A stretch of DNA of 50,332 nucleotides, from positions 1 through 50,332 of IMG/VR virus record IMGVR_UViG_3300042090_001664; one strand, 5' to 3'. The position numbers and the translations under genes were made by a program. The notes under the pieces were generated by a model. That model worked only from the letters and a program-made list of their open reading frames with translations, was not told where the DNA came from and did no database searches. Positions 36,836 to 45,541 of the stretch are shown here, in pieces. The DNA comes from a virus. Position 1 is the first letter of the stretch. Every line of letters begins with the position of its first letter.

Positions 36836-37050
36836 GGAGCTCCGCGGCGCTCGGGGTCGTCCTGGCGCTCGCGAGCTGCTCTCCGCCGGCCGCGGTGACG
36901 CCGGCGGCGCCGGTCCGACCGAGCTGGGGCTGCCAGCCGGCCGAGCCCATGCTGGCCTGCCTGCGCCGGGGACGAGAGACCGACCCGGAAGCGTTCGCGG
37001 AAGAGATGCGCGCGTGCCTGCGCTGCGCGCTCAAGGAGCTTCGACCATGA
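36832..37050 (+). CDS. Small lipoprotein (o-spanin candidate)
   Basis: LALASC lipobox, Pro-rich, near the endolysin. Confidence 0.55.
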   Translation: MRSSAALGVVLALASCSPPAAVTPAAPVRPSWGCQPAEPMLACLRRGRETDPEAFAEEMRACLRCALKELRP

Positions 37051-37631
37051 GCGACCAGGACACCGCCCCCGACACCTCGCCGACGGGAGAGCCGGCGATC
37101 TGCGTTCGCGCGCGCGGCGCCATCTCCTGCGAGGACGACGACACCTACCGCAAGGTAGTCGACCCGGCCGGCCCGTACGCCGAAGAGATCCAGGTCGCGC
37201 ACGCGGTCAGCTCTTGTATGTGTTTTGCTGCCTGGCTCATCGGCTGGGACGGCCGGTTCGTCGCCGACACGATCCAGAACGTGCTGCGTCGGATGTGGGG
37301 CGGCACCGGGCGCAAGCCGGACGCCGACAACGTCGTGAGCCTCGGTGCGCAGGTCTGGTGGGCCGCGAGCGCCACGGCGCCGGAGCACGTCGACGGCTGC
37401 GTGGTCGGGGTCGAGCGCACAAGCGAGTACGTGGTCACCCTGACCGTCATCGCCGGCGGGCAGCGGGTCACGCAGCAGGACATCGACCAGCGCGTCTTCC
37501 CGCAGTCGGCGCTCGGGAAGCGGTGCATCAAGAAGCTCCTGCGCTCGGTAGTCTGGACCGACGGGGTCGGCTGGGTCGACCAGGGCGACAACCGCCACAT
37601 CCTCGGCGTGCACGACTTGGAGGCCGCATGA
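37047..37631 (+). CDS. Putative Cys/His-dependent (CHAP/NlpC-like) hydrolase
   Basis: SSCMCFA followed by EHV and IAGGQ; adjacent to the lysozyme. Confidence 0.45.
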   Translation: MSDQDTAPDTSPTGEPAICVRARGAISCEDDDTYRKVVDPAGPYAEEIQVAHAVSSCMCFAAWLIGWDGRFVADTIQNVLRRMWGGTGRKPDADNVVSLGAQVWWAASATAPEHVDGCVVGVERTSEYVVTLTVIAGGQRVTQQDIDQRVFPQSALGKRCIKKLLRSVVWTDGVGWVDQGDNRHILGVHDLEAA

Positions 37632-38323
37632 TCGACCCCGGCGTTCGAGCCAACTGGCGCGTGTGGAACCGGAAGTTCGAGGGGGAGATCCCGTACGCCT
37701 ACTGCGATACCCACAAGCCCCCGCTCGTGACTTGCGCGGTCGGCGTTTTGATCGACCCGGTGAGCGCTTCGCTCGCGCTGCCGTGGAGGAAGCCAGCGGA
37801 CGGGTCGCTCGCATCGAAGGGCGAGATCCTGGCGGACTGGTACCGCGTGAAGGCGATCGGCGAGGCGAACCCGCAGGGGCTCGTCTACACGCACTACCAT
37901 TCGCCGACCGGGCTCTACCTCGACGACGACGCGATCGGCGAGCTCGTGCTCGCGCGGCTCGATGCGAACGTCGCGATCCTCGAGAAGGAGTACCCCGGCT
38001 TCGACACCTTCCCGCCGGACGTCCAGTGCGGGATCGCGAGCATGGCCTGGGCGATGGGCGCGGGCTTCCCGAAGACCTGGCCGAAGTTCTCGGCGCTCGT
38101 CGCCGCGCGCAACTGGAGGGCGTGCGGGACGTCGCCAGGGCTCGGCGAGGACGGCAAGCCGATGCCCGAGCCGTGCTGGATCAACGCCGCGGGGAACGCG
38201 GGGGTGATCCCGCGCAACACCGCGAACATCGCGCTGTTCCTCGCAGCGGCCGACGCCGTCGACGCGGTCGCCACGCCGGACACCGACCCGGCGCCGCCGC
38301 CGGACTCGAGCCCGAGTAGCTAA
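37628..38323 (+). CDS. Endolysin, GH24/T4-lysozyme-like
   Basis: FEG...Y.D...VT.AVG (E-x8-D-x7-T), SMAWAMG, RNTAN..LF; last gene of the late operon. Confidence 0.8.
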   Translation: MIDPGVRANWRVWNRKFEGEIPYAYCDTHKPPLVTCAVGVLIDPVSASLALPWRKPADGSLASKGEILADWYRVKAIGEANPQGLVYTHYHSPTGLYLDDDAIGELVLARLDANVAILEKEYPGFDTFPPDVQCGIASMAWAMGAGFPKTWPKFSALVAARNWRACGTSPGLGEDGKPMPEPCWINAAGNAGVIPRNTANIALFLAAADAVDAVATPDTDPAPPPDSSPSS

Positions 38324-38343
38324 CCGCGCGCAGCGACCGCACT

Positions 38344-38583
38344 TCAGGCCCCGTGGCGCTTCGGCGTCGCGGGGCTCTTCTCGTTCCATGGCTCGAACAG
38401 CTTCTCGAACCGCTCGGTGGAGAAGTGCTCGACCACGCTGACCGAGTGGTAGCAGCTACGGATACGGACGCAGGGGATGAACGCGCCGGCGGCGAGGCCG
38501 AGGTTGAACCGGGCGGTCACCTTCCAGCGCCGCCCGGTCGCGCGCTCGCGCACGAACTCGTCGCGGATGCGCTTGTCGCTCAC
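38344..38583 (-). CDS. Hypothetical protein
   Basis: GTGA-coupled last gene of the - strand operon. Confidence 0.55.
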   Translation of the reverse strand: MSDKRIRDEFVRERATGRRWKVTARFNLGLAAGAFIPCVRIRSCYHSVSVVEHFSTERFEKLFEPWNEKSPATPKRHGA

Positions 38584-38810
38584 GACGGTCCGAGCGCGTC
38601 CAGTCGCAGAACGAGGACGATCATCCGCGCAGCGATGTGCACCGCGACGACGCGGAGGGAAGTGGCCCTACCCTTCCGGCGCAGCATGTCGAACTCCTCG
38701 AACATGTGCGAGGCATCAGCGAGCTTCTGTAGATCCCAAGAAGCCAATCGCTCGACCTCCGTCGTCACTTCAGAGAGCACCTTTGCCCGCTCGTCCATCG
38801 TCGTCGTCAT
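38580..38810 (-). CDS. Hypothetical protein
   Basis: ATG at 38810 overlaps the upstream stop; MTTTMDERAK. Confidence 0.55.
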   Translation of the reverse strand: MTTTMDERAKVLSEVTTEVERLASWDLQKLADASHMFEEFDMLRRKGRATSLRVVAVHIAARMIVLVLRLDALGPS

Positions 38811-41095
38811 GACGCCTTCCTCACGCGGGACCGGCGCTTCTTCTTCGGTGGGCTGGTCGCGACCTCGAGCACGCGCCCGAAGGCGGCGCCTCGGCCGGCG
38901 ACGGTCACGTGCCAGCGTGGATCTCGAGCCGTGCGCTCGAGAAGGCCCGCGTGCGCGAGCGCGAACAGATCGCTCCGGGCGACCCCCTTCAGCTGGAGGG
39001 TGCTCCACGTCGCCCCGAGCTCGTACTGGACGAGCAGGTCGAGCGCGCGGGTCTCGACCTCGGGGGCGCGGAGAGCGAGCGCGGCGCCGTCGCGGTGAGG
39101 CGCGAGCGTGACCGGCGGCGGGCGCGGGGCGTCCTGGGCCATGCGGAACGCGCGACCGCAGATCAGCTCGAGCGGGTCGAGTGTGTCGGGCCCGAGTTCG
39201 ACCGCGAGCTCCGCCGAGGCGAGCGCCCAGGTGACGTGCTCGTCGCGCGAGCGGCCGACGAGCGCCGCGCCGCACCCGGAGCAGATCGGCCCGAGCTCGC
39301 GGTCCACCCGCACCACGGCGTGGAGGCACTCCTCCGGCGCGGGCGGTGTCACTGGCGCTGTGTCTGGCCGGTCCACTGGCGCCACCACGACCGTGTCGAT
39401 CTCGGGCGTCTGATTCGCAGGATCCAGTTCATCCGATCGACCCAAGTTGCCGGTTGGCACAGCTTCCGCATCGGTCTTCTCCTCGTCGAAGCGCATCCCG
39501 GCCACGGGCATGACGTGCCCGCCGAGCTGCGCGGTGGTGTTCGGGTCGGTCAGGCAGCGCGTGCACGGTGCACCCGGGGCGGCGAGGGGTGTCCCGCACG
39601 CCGTGCAGGGGAAGAGCACGCGCGGCGCGGGGGCGCCCGGGAGCGGCTTCGTCCACGGGTTCTCCTTCTCGGCGACCTGGCCCTTCGGCTTCCGGCTCCT
39701 GCGAGGCTTCGCCGCGGGCACCAGCGGCGCGCCAGCGACGTGCACATCGCCCCCTCCGACGGTCGCGCCGGTCGTGGCCTTGTACGCCGCGCTCAGCAGG
39801 CTGGCGAGGTCAGCGTCAGCCTCGGGCCGGTGCACGCGCCACTGGGTCTCAGGCACCTCCACGAGCGCGCCCATGCCCTTCGCCCGGCCGTAGATGAGCG
39901 CGAGCTTCTGCTCGACCTCCGCCGGCGGCAGGCCGCGGGCCTCCAGCACGCGCCGGATGCTCGCTCGCGAGATGACCCGCGGCGCAGCCTCGGCAGCGCC
40001 TGCCCGCCCAAGGACGTCCTCGAGCAGGTCCCACGCCTTGATCGGGTCGAGCTCGTGCGATGTCTTCGCCTTCGGGCCGTAGACCTTCCCCCCGCCGACC
40101 GTGAGGGGCGCGCCGGTCGCCTCGACGTACCCGCGCGCCAGGTCGCGGATCTGCTTCTCGAGGCTCGCGAGCATCGGAAGCAGTGTGACCGCGCGCGAGA
40201 GCTTGTCCGGCCCGAGGGCGCCGGGGACGAGCATCCCTGGCTCTCCGGTGAGGAGCCGGGCCACGGACGCGGTCTTGGCCGGGCAGGACGTGCGCGCGGG
40301 GCAGTAGGTGCAGTGGGGGCCCTCCACGAGCCCGGTGAGGGGCTGGCCGGCGGCGAGGAGCCGTTCCTGCTCCCGGATGGCGCGGACCTCGGCGCCGAGG
40401 GCGCGGAGCTCCGCCGCGATGGCGTCCTGGTCGAGCGGCTTGCCCTGCTCGAGGGTGCCAGGGCCCTTCCGGATCCAGAGCAAGCTCGGGATGACGGAGA
40501 TCCGGTCCGGGTCCTCCCAGCGGACCCAGCGGGCGGCGAGCGCAGCGCCCATGCGCACCTGCGCGTTGTGGTCGACCGGCTCGGCGCCGTCCTCGCCGCC
40601 GCTCTTGAAGTCGGTCACGTGCAGCGCCGCGCCGGCGGGCACCACCGGACGGCTTTCGCCGAGGACATCGTCGTAGTCGAAGTCGAACGAGTACGGCTCG
40701 GCGTGCAGGAGGTCGATCGTCGCCGCGAAGGGGGCATGGATGTCGGCGAGGTCGTACCGGCCCTGCCCGCCATCGACCGGCGCCGCGCCGGAGCGGGTGA
40801 GGCCGAGCGCAACCTCGGAGAGCGCGCTGGCGGGCGGCGTCCAGGTCCACCCGCGCGCGCGGGAGACGAACCGCCGGGCGTCCTCCGCCGAGAGCCGGTT
40901 CGCCGTCGAGATGGCCTCGAGCGCGTCGGGCGCCAGAGCTGCGTCGACGCCGACCTTCGAGCGCTGCTCCGCGTGCTGGTGTAGGCTTGTGCCGACCTCG
41001 GAGGTCCCGATGGAGTCGATGTGCGGAAGTAGCGCCGAGGGGGGGCACACGCGCACGCGCCCCCTCGTGCTGCCGCTGAGGAGGAGGCGCGTCAC
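38807..41095 (-). CDS. PD-(D/E)xK nuclease, Cas4/RecB/DUF2800-like, with a long C-terminal extension
   Basis: RVCP, GTSLH, SEV, TIDL, VTDFKSG, Q motif and HCTYCPARTSC (4-Cys Fe-S pattern); GTG start at 41095. Confidence 0.8.
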   Translation of the reverse strand: MTRLLLSGSTRGRVRVCPPSALLPHIDSIGTSEVGTSLHQHAEQRSKVGVDAALAPDALEAISTANRLSAEDARRFVSRARGWTWTPPASALSEVALGLTRSGAAPVDGGQGRYDLADIHAPFAATIDLLHAEPYSFDFDYDDVLGESRPVVPAGAALHVTDFKSGGEDGAEPVDHNAQVRMGAALAARWVRWEDPDRISVIPSLLWIRKGPGTLEQGKPLDQDAIAAELRALGAEVRAIREQERLLAAGQPLTGLVEGPHCTYCPARTSCPAKTASVARLLTGEPGMLVPGALGPDKLSRAVTLLPMLASLEKQIRDLARGYVEATGAPLTVGGGKVYGPKAKTSHELDPIKAWDLLEDVLGRAGAAEAAPRVISRASIRRVLEARGLPPAEVEQKLALIYGRAKGMGALVEVPETQWRVHRPEADADLASLLSAAYKATTGATVGGGDVHVAGAPLVPAAKPRRSRKPKGQVAEKENPWTKPLPGAPAPRVLFPCTACGTPLAAPGAPCTRCLTDPNTTAQLGGHVMPVAGMRFDEEKTDAEAVPTGNLGRSDELDPANQTPEIDTVVVAPVDRPDTAPVTPPAPEECLHAVVRVDRELGPICSGCGAALVGRSRDEHVTWALASAELAVELGPDTLDPLELICGRAFRMAQDAPRPPPVTLAPHRDGAALALRAPEVETRALDLLVQYELGATWSTLQLKGVARSDLFALAHAGLLERTARDPRWHVTVAGRGAAFGRVLEVATSPPKKKRRSRVRKAS

Positions 41096-41472
41096 GGCGG
41101 CCCCATCTCCGCGATGGCCTCGTCGATCTGGGCGAGCAGCTCGACGAGCTCTTCGTCGACGTAGACGTAGCCACCGATCCCGAGCGGAGAGCTGCACTCG
41201 TGCTTGAGCACGACGCCGTTCTCGAGCTGCTCGACCTCGCCGAGGCTCGGCGCGATCTGCGGGCGCTCGCCACGTTCCCATGCCTCGCATGCGGCCTTGT
41301 GAGCTGCGAGCTCGGCTGGCGTGCAGCACTCCTCGTCGGGCGAGAACTTTCGCGGGTCGTAGTCGCCACCGGGGAAGTGGCCGTAGGTCTCCTGCGGCCG
41401 CGCGAATTCCTCGATGTAGGCGCGGGCGGCCTCGAGCGCCTTGACCGCGACCTCGTGTGCGTTCTGGTTCAT
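41092..41472 (-). CDS. Hypothetical protein
   Basis: 126 aa; coupled overlaps. Confidence 0.6.
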   Translation of the reverse strand: MNQNAHEVAVKALEAARAYIEEFARPQETYGHFPGGDYDPRKFSPDEECCTPAELAAHKAACEAWERGERPQIAPSLGEVEQLENGVVLKHECSSPLGIGGYVYVDEELVELLAQIDEAIAEMGPP

Positions 41473-42161
41473 GGGTTACTCCGAACAGTAGGTGGGGCCT
41501 CCACGATGGAGAAGCCGTCGATCGTTTTGACGAGCACGGGGCCGAACGCGGTGTTCTTGGCCTCGCATCGCGGACACGACGCGGGGTAGGTCCCGTCGCC
41601 GAGCAAGGTGCGGGCGCGGCCCATCTCGCCCTCGTGGCCGATCCATCCGCACTGCGTGCACTCGACGTTGTCGTGCTTCAGGAAGCGCGGCGCATGCCCG
41701 GTAATCGCTTCCGGGACCTCCGCTCGAATGGGCTTGAGCTCGGCGGCGAGGAGCGGCTTCGCGATCACCCAGCACGCTTCGCAGCAGCCGATCGTTACGT
41801 GCCGCTGGATGAACACGAAACGATCGGCGAGCTCCCACGCTCCCAGCGTGAGCGGGCGGTCGTGGTTCGGCTGCCCCTTGACCTTGTAACGACTCGACGT
41901 GCGCTTGTGCGGAGCGTACCCGGCATCCTTCCCGCACACAGGGCAACAGCGAATGCCCATGTGGGTGAAGATGAGTCGTCCGCTCTGCTTGGCCTCCGCG
42001 ACGGCAGAAGCCACGAAGCGCGCGATCTCCGGAGCGGCTCCGGTGGCTGCGACTCGGATGGCGAAGCGGACGACATCGACGATGTCCTGCACCTCCGGCG
42101 AGCACTGTCCGTCCAGGAGGATGAGCTCGTCGTCCGTGAGCGAGACGCTCGTGGTCTTCAT
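41469..42161 (-). CDS. Zn-ribbon-containing hypothetical protein
   Basis: CPVC, CEAC, CTQC, CPRC; ATG at 42161. Confidence 0.6.
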   Translation of the reverse strand: MKTTSVSLTDDELILLDGQCSPEVQDIVDVVRFAIRVAATGAAPEIARFVASAVAEAKQSGRLIFTHMGIRCCPVCGKDAGYAPHKRTSSRYKVKGQPNHDRPLTLGAWELADRFVFIQRHVTIGCCEACWVIAKPLLAAELKPIRAEVPEAITGHAPRFLKHDNVECTQCGWIGHEGEMGRARTLLGDGTYPASCPRCEAKNTAFGPVLVKTIDGFSIVEAPPTVRSNP

Positions 42162-42532
42162 CCGGAAGGGTCCAGCTTGGCGACCATCGCCAGCACGGCG
42201 TCGACGATGGCGAGCACTGACGAGGCTTCCGCGTCGTCGCCCTTGGCCTTGCCGAACGCCACGACGGCATCGAGCACGGGCTCGAGGGCCTTCCGGATCT
42301 CGGCGAGCTTGGCGACGTGCGCGCGCAGGTCCGCCGAGAGCGCGTCGTCGCGCTTGGGGCACGAACGGATGTGGTCCAACATCTCGGCGTTGTCGCGCGG
42401 CGACATGTGGCCGCAGTAGACGCAGACGCTCTGCTGCGTGGCAGCCTCCAACTCGCGCACGCGGGCGACGAGCGCGGGGATGTCCGCCGCGGTGACGGTG
42501 TCGAGGTCGAGCTTGGTGGTGGTCATCGTCAT
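42158..42532 (-). CDS. Ead/Ea22-like hypothetical protein with a C2HC finger
   Basis: DIPALVARVRELE; CVYCG...HIRSCPK. Confidence 0.55.
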   Translation of the reverse strand: MTMTTTKLDLDTVTAADIPALVARVRELEAATQQSVCVYCGHMSPRDNAEMLDHIRSCPKRDDALSADLRAHVAKLAEIRKALEPVLDAVVAFGKAKGDDAEASSVLAIVDAVLAMVAKLDPSG

Positions 42533-42702
42533 CGTCTCCTTCGGCCGCCGTCCCTCTCGAGGATGCGCGCCATCTTCTCGCGTTTCCAGCGCTGGACGCC
42601 TTGAGAGGTCCAGTCGCGCCCGTCTTCGTGCTCGGCGCGGTCGATCGACTCGCGCAGCGCGGCGGCGATGAGCAGCCGCAGGAAGACCCCGAGTGCGTTC
42701 AC
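42529..42702 (-). CDS. Small hypothetical protein
   Basis: Fills the gap with GTGA/ATGA overlaps. Confidence 0.45.
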   Translation of the reverse strand: MNALGVFLRLLIAAALRESIDRAEHEDGRDWTSQGVQRWKREKMARILERDGGRRRR

Positions 42703-43139
42703 GACCCACCGACCTTCGGGCGGATCTCGGCCGCAGCGACGAGGTCGAACACCGCCTTGGCGGTCGGGTGCATCTTCACCCCACCGCCGATCTTGGTGAG
42801 CATGCTGAGCACGAGGCCGCCCTGATCGCTGTTCATCGGCCCGTTCGTGACCTTGCACCCGTGCGGGCAGACCATGAGCGGGTTGTCTACCCCGCCAAAC
42901 AGTCGGCAGATTCCGGGCCTCTCGTCGTACGACGAGCACCGGCCGTCGACGAGGTTCGTGCACCGGCCGTCCTTCACCGCCGGGGTCGCGCCCGCGGCGA
43001 CCATTCGGAGGTACTCGGCCTTCGACATCGGGATCGGCCCGCACGTGTCCGTGCAGAGCCCCTTGCAGTCGACGACCGGGAGCGTGCGGTAGATCGTGTC
43101 GATGGCCTCGAGCGCCAGCTTGAGCTTGCGGCGGTTCAT
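42699..43139 (-). CDS. YkgJ-family Cys-cluster (Zn/Fe-S) protein
   Basis: CKGLCTDTCG...CTNL...CSSYDERPGICRLFG. Confidence 0.8.
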   Translation of the reverse strand: MNRRKLKLALEAIDTIYRTLPVVDCKGLCTDTCGPIPMSKAEYLRMVAAGATPAVKDGRCTNLVDGRCSSYDERPGICRLFGGVDNPLMVCPHGCKVTNGPMNSDQGGLVLSMLTKIGGGVKMHPTAKAVFDLVAAAEIRPKVGGS

Positions 43140-44284
43140 CGGGGGAAGTCCTCCGGGTCCGTCGGCGCGGGCCCGTCGCCGAACGCGTCGTAGGTGGCCG
43201 CTGCCATCGGATCGGTCGGTGGGTTGGAACTCGCGGGCTGCGACCCCGGCGCCGCGGGTGCGCCGTTCGCTGGCGCGGCCTGGGCTGCCTTCGCCTTCGC
43301 GGCGGCGTCCGCGATGATGCGCTTCCGCCGTGCGGCGAGCCACGCGGTGGCGTCCTGGCGCAGCCCGTCATGCGGGTCGCGGTCGATGCGCTGCCCGAGC
43401 GCGTCGCAGGCGTAGACGTCGGTGCACGCGCCGATGGCCTTGCGCCACGCGCCCGCGCGCGGGTTGCCGTCCTCGATCGCGAGGATCGGGTCCTGCTCGA
43501 TGGCGACCTTCGGCTGCTGCGCCGGCGCGCGCTCGCCGTCCTGGCACCAGGCGACGACATTGTTCGCGAGGCCCTCGCCGGGGTTGTCGTAGAAGGCGCC
43601 GACCGCGAGGTCCTCGAAGTCGATGACGCGCCCCTTCTCGATGGTGAACCGCACGCGGCCCTTGCCGAGGCTCTCCATGCGGGCGAAGAGGTCTGGCTCG
43701 TAGCTGATCCCGTCGCGCGCGACCTCGCCGAGGCCGACCTTGACCGGGACCTTCTTTCCGCCCTGCTCCTCGAGCACCCACTCCTGCTTCTGCCGCACTG
43801 TGAAGATCACGTGCGCCTTCGTCTGCATCACGCGCTCGATCGCGCGATTGTAGATCGGGCTCTGCTCCTTCCAGCCGGTCGAGAACTTGTTCGCGCTCGA
43901 GGTCTTGTCGACGACCTCGAGTACGCCACCGATCCCGTTCCACATGTGGGAGAGCGAGTCGATGACGATGACCCCCGCACCCTGCTGCTCGCAGTAGGTC
44001 AGCGCCGCGTCGTAGGCCTGCGTCGAGTTGTCCTCGGGCGGCATCACCACGTGCTTGAACTTGAAGCCCTTGCCGCTCTTCGGGCTGAAGGCGTAGCGGA
44101 GCGCGCTCTTGTGCTCGGTGTCGATCACGTAGAGCGGCCCGAGCTCGAGCTTCTCCACCATCGCCGCCCCGAGCATGAGCGCGGTGTAGCTCTTCCCTGC
44201 GCCGGAGGATCCGGCGATGCCGATGCGCGCGAGGATCTGCTCGCGTACCGCATCGACCGCTTCGAACTTGTACGTGCGTCCCAT
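43136..44284 (-). CDS. Sak4-like/AAA_24 ATPase (ssDNA-annealing recombinase)
   Basis: GSSGAGKSYTAL, VIDTE, VIDSLSHMW, YEPD. The frame is open upstream to 44488. Confidence 0.8.
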   Translation of the reverse strand: MGRTYKFEAVDAVREQILARIGIAGSSGAGKSYTALMLGAAMVEKLELGPLYVIDTEHKSALRYAFSPKSGKGFKFKHVVMPPEDNSTQAYDAALTYCEQQGAGVIVIDSLSHMWNGIGGVLEVVDKTSSANKFSTGWKEQSPIYNRAIERVMQTKAHVIFTVRQKQEWVLEEQGGKKVPVKVGLGEVARDGISYEPDLFARMESLGKGRVRFTIEKGRVIDFEDLAVGAFYDNPGEGLANNVVAWCQDGERAPAQQPKVAIEQDPILAIEDGNPRAGAWRKAIGACTDVYACDALGQRIDRDPHDGLRQDATAWLAARRKRIIADAAAKAKAAQAAPANGAPAAPGSQPASSNPPTDPMAAATYDAFGDGPAPTDPEDFPR

Positions 44285-44465
44285 GGTCTCGTTCCTCGGT
44301 TGGTTGCGGGCGGTCAGCCCATCTTGATCGACTTCGCGGCTTTGGTCGTGAGCGGCACCTCGGGGCGGCGGCGCTGCTCCGAGCGGCAGCGGTTGGGAGT
44401 CTCCGGTGTCGCCGGCAGAAGCGGCCTTCCCCGGTGGCGTTCCGGTGTCTCCTGCCGAGGCAGCT

Positions 44466-44639
44466 TTACTTGCTCGCATTGGGGCCATCGTTCACGCGCA
44501 TCGAACAGTCGGCCCCATAGCTTGTGCCGTCGATGCCGATCTGGTTCGCCCCCCTCGGCACGGTGATGCGCAGGGTGACCGGCGGGATGTAGAGTGCGGG
44601 CGGCGCCGGCGCGGCCTTCGGCTGCTTCGTCTTCTTCAC
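44466..44639 (-). CDS. Small hypothetical protein
   Basis: GGAGG RBS before GTG at 44639; directly downstream of promoter B. Confidence 0.55.
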   Translation of the reverse strand: MKKTKQPKAAPAPPALYIPPVTLRITVPRGANQIGIDGTSYGADCSMRVNDGPNASK

Positions 44640-44649
44640 GTGTCCTCCA

Positions 44650-44720
44650 GCGCATCGGCGTGGCCGTGCGCGTGCTTGTCGTCCGGGGCTGTAGTGTAAC
44701 GATCCGACTGCGGATCTCAA
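44650..44720 (-). promoter_or_regulatory. Sigma70-like promoter B plus leader hairpin
   Basis: On -: TTGAGA-16nt-TACACT-8nt-GGACGACAAGCACGCGCACG; palindrome GATCCG-N4-CGGATC at 44701-44716. Confidence 0.7.
44665..44684. repeat. 20-bp exact repeat, copy 1 (copy 2 at 50205-50224)
   Basis: CGTGCGCGTGCTTGTCGTCC at both positions. Confidence 0.95.
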
Positions 44721-45538
44721 GCGACATTCGCCGCGGTTGGCGCGAGTCTCGCGAGGAGGTTCTCTCGCCACTCGAGGGACCATGACGCGCAGTTGTTGCA
44801 ATGCTGGTGGCCGGTCTTCCGACCGAAGCCGGGCTTGTCGTGGCCCTCGAGCGGGGGCCGGTGGCGCGCGGCGTCGCTCCACGCCATCGAGTCGGCCGAC
44901 GCGAGCTCGCCGGCGCACGCCTCGAGCCCGTCGACCTTGAAGCCGAAGCCGTGGAGGCGCAGCCCGTCGACCGCCAGCGTGTGGATGATGGTCTTGCCGG
45001 TGAGGGTGTCCTGCCGACGGCAGACCGTGCCGACCCCGACGAGCGGCTCGGCGCGCAGGTCGACCCCTGCCTTGTCGTAGAGCTCCTGGCACGTCCAGTA
45101 GGAGCCGATGCTCCAGCCCTGGAGCACGGGGATGAATGGGATGTCGGGCGCGAGCGCGCGCAGCTCGAGGAAGTTGTCCACGGTGCGGCGCTGGTGCTCC
45201 TCTACCGAGAGGCCGGTGCCGGCGAACGTCACCCCCTTGTGCGTGCCGCCGTGGATCACGACCGGCTCACACATCCAATCGCCGGGCGCAGCGAACAGCA
45301 GGCCCCCGATCTCGTCGCGGTACCGGCGCACCTCGGCAACGTACTCCTTCGCACTGATGGTCCAGCGCCCGTGCATCTGGAGCTCGGAGAAGCCGCCCGA
45401 GTCGAGCGCCCATTCGCCGAAGGCGCGCGGGAGCTTCTTGACCTGCGAGAGCGTCCGGCGCGAGACGAACAGCGGCACGTCGAGAAAGCGCGCATCCTCG
45501 AGCCAGTGCGGCTTCGCCGTTCCGAGCATGAAACGCAT
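44717..45538 (-). CDS. dpdA: DpdA-like (TGT-fold) 7-deazaguanine DNA transglycosylase
   Basis: WALDSGGFS, DWMCEP, IPVLQG, VGVGTVCRR, LHGFG and SADSMAWS motifs. Confidence 0.75.
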   Translation of the reverse strand: MRFMLGTAKPHWLEDARFLDVPLFVSRRTLSQVKKLPRAFGEWALDSGGFSELQMHGRWTISAKEYVAEVRRYRDEIGGLLFAAPGDWMCEPVVIHGGTHKGVTFAGTGLSVEEHQRRTVDNFLELRALAPDIPFIPVLQGWSIGSYWTCQELYDKAGVDLRAEPLVGVGTVCRRQDTLTGKTIIHTLAVDGLRLHGFGFKVDGLEACAGELASADSMAWSDAARHRPPLEGHDKPGFGRKTGHQHCNNCASWSLEWRENLLARLAPTAANVA

Positions 45539-45541
45539 GGT

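Noticed and set aside
38807-41095. cas4 of a CRISPR locus
   Set aside because: No cas1/cas2 or array; the context is phage recombination.
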